DNA from: Acidobacteriota bacterium
GTDB taxonomy: Bacteria > Acidobacteriota > UBA6911 > JACQSX01
Assembly (NCBI GenBank): GCA_036507075.1
Contig: DASXQR010000221.1
Location: 1-64,000 of the forward strand
Direction of reading: 5' to 3'
Length of the DNA stretch: 64,000 nt
Position numbers and translations under genes: made by a program. Shown piece by piece: positions 60,014-64,000 of this stretch; the first letter of the stretch is position 1; each line of letters starts with the position of its first letter. A model generated the notes under the pieces. It ran no database searches. It worked only from the letters and a program-made list of their open reading frames with translations, and was not told the origin of the DNA.

Positions 60014-62209
60014 TTGACAAGGATCATGAGGCGGCGTAACTGCGTATACTGGTCATCCGTTGGCATACCACTCGGGTTGTGCTTCATTACCTTTTTCTGG
60101 GGCGCTCAGGAAGCAACTGTCGTTTCTGCTCAGTCGAATCAGTCCGAAAAAACGGCACCGAGTCTTCCCACAAAATCAGTGACACTACCGCCTCCGCTGG
60201 CACTGCGGCGTCCTTCGCTTCCGGATGGCAACGGCACGCAGTTCGCAAATCCTGTGGATGCCCTTGTCGCGGCCTGCTTTTCAGCGCGCGGGAACTCGTT
60301 GCCACAGGTTGTGCCGGATGCCGTCTTTGCGCGCCGGGCTTACCTGGATCTATGGGGCCTGCTTCCCGCCCCCGAACAACTGGAAGAATTTCTCAGCGAT
60401 CCGCGGGCCGATAAGCGGGACCGCCTGATTGAACAGTTACTGTCTCATCAGAAAAACTACGGCGAGCACTGGATTACTTTTTGGAACGACCTGTTGCGCA
60501 ATGACGAAGGCGTCGTCTATCACGGGACCCGTGAATCGATTTCCACCTGGCTTCTCAAAGCTCTGGAGTCCAATCTGTCCTACGGCCGGTTCGTGTCGGC
60601 CCTGCTCAATCCCATTCATAAGGACGACCCGAAGGGCTTTCTGGTCGGCGTAAACTGGCGCGGCCTGGTCAATGCCAGCCAAACCCCCGCCATGCAGGCG
60701 GCGCAAAACAGCGCTCAGGTCTTTCTCGGCGTGAACCTGAAGTGCGCCTCCTGCCATGACAGTTTCATCGATGGTTGGAAACTCAAGGACAGTTATGGGA
60801 TGGCCGGCCTGTTTTCCGAAGATCCGCTCGAGCTGGTCCGCTGCGATGTAAAACTGGGCCTGCGGGCGGAGCCGAAATTTCTATTTCCCGAGTTGGGTCC
60901 AATCAGCGCCGCTACGCCGGCCGAGCGCCGGGCCGAGGCCGCCCGTTTATTTACCACCCCTGAAAATGGTCGCTTCGCGCGCACGCTGGTGAACCGGATT
61001 TGGAAGAAGCTCCTTGGCAGAGGCATGGTGGAGCCGGTGGACATCATGGATGGTTCTGCCTGGGACCCCGATCTGCTGGACTGGCTGGCGTCGGATTTTG
61101 TCGATCACGGCTACGACATCAAGTTTCTCTTGCGCCGGATTATGACCTCGCAGGCGTATCAGCTTCCGGCCGTTCTTCCAGCTTCCGACAGGGAGACGAG
61201 CTACGTTTTCAAAGGCCCGCTTTTGCGGCGCTTAACGGCAGAACAGTTTCTCGATGCCGTGTCGTCTGTGACCGGCGAATGGCGGACCCTGCGGCCAAAG
61301 AAAGCGGAACCGGGAGCTTACAGCCGTGATTGGAGATTGAAATCCACCGCATTGACACGCGCGCTCGGAAGGCCGATCCGGGATCAGGTGTTCACCGATC
61401 GCAACACCCGGGCGACCACGTTGCAGGCGCTCGAGTTGATCAACGGTGACGAGCTGGCCTACCTGCTCCACAGAGGCGCCCTTAGGTTGCTCAATGAATT
61501 GAAGCCGCCGCCCGCGAATCTTTTCGACAGTGGGCTGATGACTTCCGGCAAAGCATCGGTGGATATTGACATTTCAGGTCTGAAGCAATTGTGGCTCCTG
61601 ATTGAAGATGTCGATTCCTACGATCGCGAGCGCGTGACTGCCGGGTGGGCGGAGGCTGAGTTGACGGGTCCGGACGGACGAACCCGGCTGGTCGACCTGA
61701 AGACAGATTCCCAGGTTCGGAAACAATCGATGCGGATGGTAGTAAAACGCCCGATTGAGACCCGGGAAGACGAAACGAAATACGAGACGACCTATCACGA
61801 TTATCCCGAAGCTTTGACGGCTCCGGTTCCATCGACGGTCGTCTATGACATCGCGGGAAAAGGCTACACGCGTTTCCGCGCCGTGGCTGGCGTCGATGAA
61901 AGCAGCATGCGCGACGATATAGGTCCCAGGATCCGTTTTTTTGTCTTTTCCGAACGGCCCGATATGCGACAGCTCATCCGGGTCGCAGGCGATCTTCCCG
62001 TCGCGATGAAGGCAGGGAAATTTACGGAGCGCGGTCTTGTCGCCTATCTCTATCGTGCCATGCTGGGACGCGAGCCTTCTGCCGGCGAACGCGCCATCGC
62101 GCGCGATTTTCTCAAGGCGGGGAGCGCGCCGGGCAAAATTTCTCCTGAGGGCCTGGAGGATTTGTTGTGGTCTTTGTTCTTGTCACCTGAGTTTCAGTTT
62201 ATTCGCTGA
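60014..62209 (+). CDS. DUF1549/DUF1553 (PSCyt2/PSD1) protein with an NPCBM-like insertion
   Basis: NPVD, RRAYLDLWGLLP, QVFLGVNLKCASCHD, VNRIW..LGRG.VEPVD, RRLTAEQFLD, QALELIN, SPEFQF. Confidence 0.85.
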   Translation: MTRIMRRRNCVYWSSVGIPLGLCFITFFWGAQEATVVSAQSNQSEKTAPSLPTKSVTLPPPLALRRPSLPDGNGTQFANPVDALVAACFSARGNSLPQVVPDAVFARRAYLDLWGLLPAPEQLEEFLSDPRADKRDRLIEQLLSHQKNYGEHWITFWNDLLRNDEGVVYHGTRESISTWLLKALESNLSYGRFVSALLNPIHKDDPKGFLVGVNWRGLVNASQTPAMQAAQNSAQVFLGVNLKCASCHDSFIDGWKLKDSYGMAGLFSEDPLELVRCDVKLGLRAEPKFLFPELGPISAATPAERRAEAARLFTTPENGRFARTLVNRIWKKLLGRGMVEPVDIMDGSAWDPDLLDWLASDFVDHGYDIKFLLRRIMTSQAYQLPAVLPASDRETSYVFKGPLLRRLTAEQFLDAVSSVTGEWRTLRPKKAEPGAYSRDWRLKSTALTRALGRPIRDQVFTDRNTRATTLQALELINGDELAYLLHRGALRLLNELKPPPANLFDSGLMTSGKASVDIDISGLKQLWLLIEDVDSYDRERVTAGWAEAELTGPDGRTRLVDLKTDSQVRKQSMRMVVKRPIETREDETKYETTYHDYPEALTAPVPSTVVYDIAGKGYTRFRAVAGVDESSMRDDIGPRIRFFVFSERPDMRQLIRVAGDLPVAMKAGKFTERGLVAYLYRAMLGREPSAGERAIARDFLKAGSAPGKISPEGLEDLLWSLFLSPEFQFIR

Positions 62210-62225
62210 GACTATGGATGAAGCT

Positions 62226-62380
62226 GTAGCGACGCGGCATGCCGCGTCATGGACTTTCTACATTTTGGTGGTGGAGAGACGGCCTGAGGCCGCTCTGCTC
62301 ACTCTCGGAGACGGCCCTCAGGCCGTCTCTCCGCTCCCAAAAATGTAGAAACTTCAGGGCGCGATTTATCGCGCCCCACA
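62226..62380. repeat. Nested REP-like cluster
   Basis: GTAGCGACGCGGCATGCCGCGTC; a TTTCTACATTTTGG/CCAAAAATGTAGAAA inverted pair enclosing a GAGACGGCC..GGCCGTCTC pair; GGGCGCGATTTATCGCGCCCCAC. Confidence 0.75.
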
Positions 62381-62402
62381 GAGACGCGATCTATGTGATG
62401 CC

Positions 62403-63842
62403 ATGAACTATGAAAACCACTTCGGCGCCGGATTAACCCGGCGCGATTTTCTACGCAGTTCGGCAGCCGCCGCTCTGGCCGCGCTTGCGGCGGGAGAAGC
62501 ACGCCAGTTGTCGGGTCAGGGGAGAACGAAGATTGAGCCCCGGGCAGATACTCTGATCCTTCTCTGGATGGCCGGCGGAATGGCGCAGACGGAAACATTC
62601 GATCCCAAGCGTTACACTCCCTTCCAGACAGGCATGGAATCGAAGCGAGTGCTGAGCACATTCCCACGCATCGACACGGCCGTCGAGGACATCAAGATTT
62701 CGCAGGGTCTTGAGAGCATGGCGCGCGTAATGGATCGAGCTACCGTTGTCCGAAGCCACCGCGTAGGGGACCTTGGATTCATTTTGCATTCCCGTCACCA
62801 ATACCACTGGCATACAGGCTACGCGCCGCCGCAGACGGTGGCCGCTCCCCATATGGGAGCCGTGATTGCCCGCACGCTGGGGGCGAAGAATCCTGATGTC
62901 CCCGCTTTCATCGATATCGGGCAGAACATGGAGATTGGCGCCGAGAGCGATTCGCTGAAGGCTTTTCACACAGCCGGGTTCCTGGGCTCAGAGTACGGCC
63001 CTTTCATGATTGCAGACCCGCGCGATGCGGTTGCCGCCGTTCGCCCGCCCGAACATGTCGGTCCTCGACGCTTTCAGCGCCGCTACGGTCAGTTCCGCAA
63101 GCTGGTCGAAAACAGCCCCGTCTTGAAACTGGGCAGCGACTATCAGCAGGAGTCCCTGCTGCGTTCTCTGGAAAACGCTTATCGCCTGCTGAATTCTCCC
63201 GCGGCAAAAGCTTTTGATCTTTCTCTGGAGCCGAGGAAAACTTACGACGCTTACAACACGGGAAGATTCGGGCTGGGTTGCCTGCTCGCGCGGCGTCTGG
63301 CCGAAGCCGGCGCTCGCTTCATCGAAGTGACCTCCGAGTATGTTCCCTTCCGCTACTGGGACACGCACGAGAACGGCCATGAGAGAACAATCACGCTGAA
63401 GAAAATGATTGACGCGCCGGTTGCCCGGCTGATCCTGGATCTGGAAGAAAGGGGCCTGCTGGATCGCACCCTCGTTGTCCTGGCCAGTGAATTTGGCAGA
63501 GACATGATGATCGAGGGCAAACCGGACAACACCGTCAAGGAGCAGATCAGGCAGCCGGAAATCATGACCGAGCCGAAGCACTACGGAATGCATCGCCATT
63601 TCACCGAGGCCTGCAGCGTGGTGATTTTCGGCGGAGGCTTCAAGAGAGGATTGTTGTACGGCAGAACCGACGATGAGCGACCCTGCAGAGTGGTCGAAAA
63701 GCCGGTAAGTATTGAAGACCTTCATGCCACCCTCTATCACGCCCTGGGTATCCCGCCCGACCTGGCGTACGAGGTGGAAAAACGCCCCTTCTTTGTCACC
63801 AAAGACGGCACTGGCAAACCGATCCGGGAGCTTTTAGCGTGA
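62403..63842 (+). CDS. DUF1501 family Tat-exported protein
   Basis: TRRDFL twin-arginine signal, WMAGG..Q.ETFDPK, FGLGCLLARRL, WDTH, SEFGR, DLHAT. Confidence 0.9.
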   Translation: MNYENHFGAGLTRRDFLRSSAAAALAALAAGEARQLSGQGRTKIEPRADTLILLWMAGGMAQTETFDPKRYTPFQTGMESKRVLSTFPRIDTAVEDIKISQGLESMARVMDRATVVRSHRVGDLGFILHSRHQYHWHTGYAPPQTVAAPHMGAVIARTLGAKNPDVPAFIDIGQNMEIGAESDSLKAFHTAGFLGSEYGPFMIADPRDAVAAVRPPEHVGPRRFQRRYGQFRKLVENSPVLKLGSDYQQESLLRSLENAYRLLNSPAAKAFDLSLEPRKTYDAYNTGRFGLGCLLARRLAEAGARFIEVTSEYVPFRYWDTHENGHERTITLKKMIDAPVARLILDLEERGLLDRTLVVLASEFGRDMMIEGKPDNTVKEQIRQPEIMTEPKHYGMHRHFTEACSVVIFGGGFKRGLLYGRTDDERPCRVVEKPVSIEDLHATLYHALGIPPDLAYEVEKRPFFVTKDGTGKPIRELLA

Positions 63843-64000
63843 CGAAAGTTTGAAAGAAATCACAAATGGCTAGACATCCGAGCCGCGCGCGTAAGCCCGG
63901 ATTATTCACAAACTGGACAACGAACTGCAACCCCAAGCATGCCTGCAAGAGCGTGGTGTTTATATCTGCCGTCTGCCGATTGGTCATAGTGCTTTCACCG

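Noticed and set aside
59519..60017. ORFs with MRNAECG/PHSAF repeats
   Set aside because: Artefacts of the heptamer array.
56345..63740. Long antisense ORFs (56345..57346, 58447..59574, 62988..63740 and similar ones elsewhere)
   Set aside because: Shadow frames of well-supported genes in GC-rich DNA, with no recognisable motifs.
63866..64000. Possible plus-strand gene start (MARHPSRARK..) running off the right edge
   Set aside because: Only about 45 codons, no clear RBS or motif; cannot be supported.

Overview
Bacterial chromosomal window. The gene content (DUF1549/1553 + DUF1501 pair, carboxypeptidase-domain TonB receptor, TPR-CHAT/S8 cluster, GTAG-type REPs) suggests Acidobacteriota or a similar lineage; that placement is inference. 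1-29.5 kb (minus strand): a large Wzy-type exopolysaccharide locus. It encodes export (short OPX, OM beta-barrel, split Wzc), a CDP-sugar module with three C-methyltransferases, amino-sugar synthesis, glycosyltransferases and a priming transferase with a degenerate GGDEF-like domain, and it has three good sigma-54 promoters and two sigma-54 activators. 32.8-42.1 kb (minus strand, upstream of the EPS locus): the most striking element, a tightly coupled operon S8 protease - OppB - OppC - OppA - ECF sigma - TPR-CHAT protease - soluble zinc-finger anti-sigma-like protein. The secreted S8 carries an exact internal peptide repeat (QSTAALVD x2) that differs only at synonymous sites. Together these suggest a possibly undescribed peptide-import, caspase-gated signalling circuit. 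42.4-64 kb: transhydrogenase with an unusual alpha2-beta fusion; a radical SAM / GGR-like / Cfa-like lipid-modification block bracketed by direct repeats; TonB receptor; DUF2911; M16 peptidase pair; D-aminoacylase; DUF1553/DUF1501 pair; many short intergenic repeat families. No rRNA, tRNA, CRISPR array or transposase was seen. Domain names come from motif recognition by eye, not from database searches.
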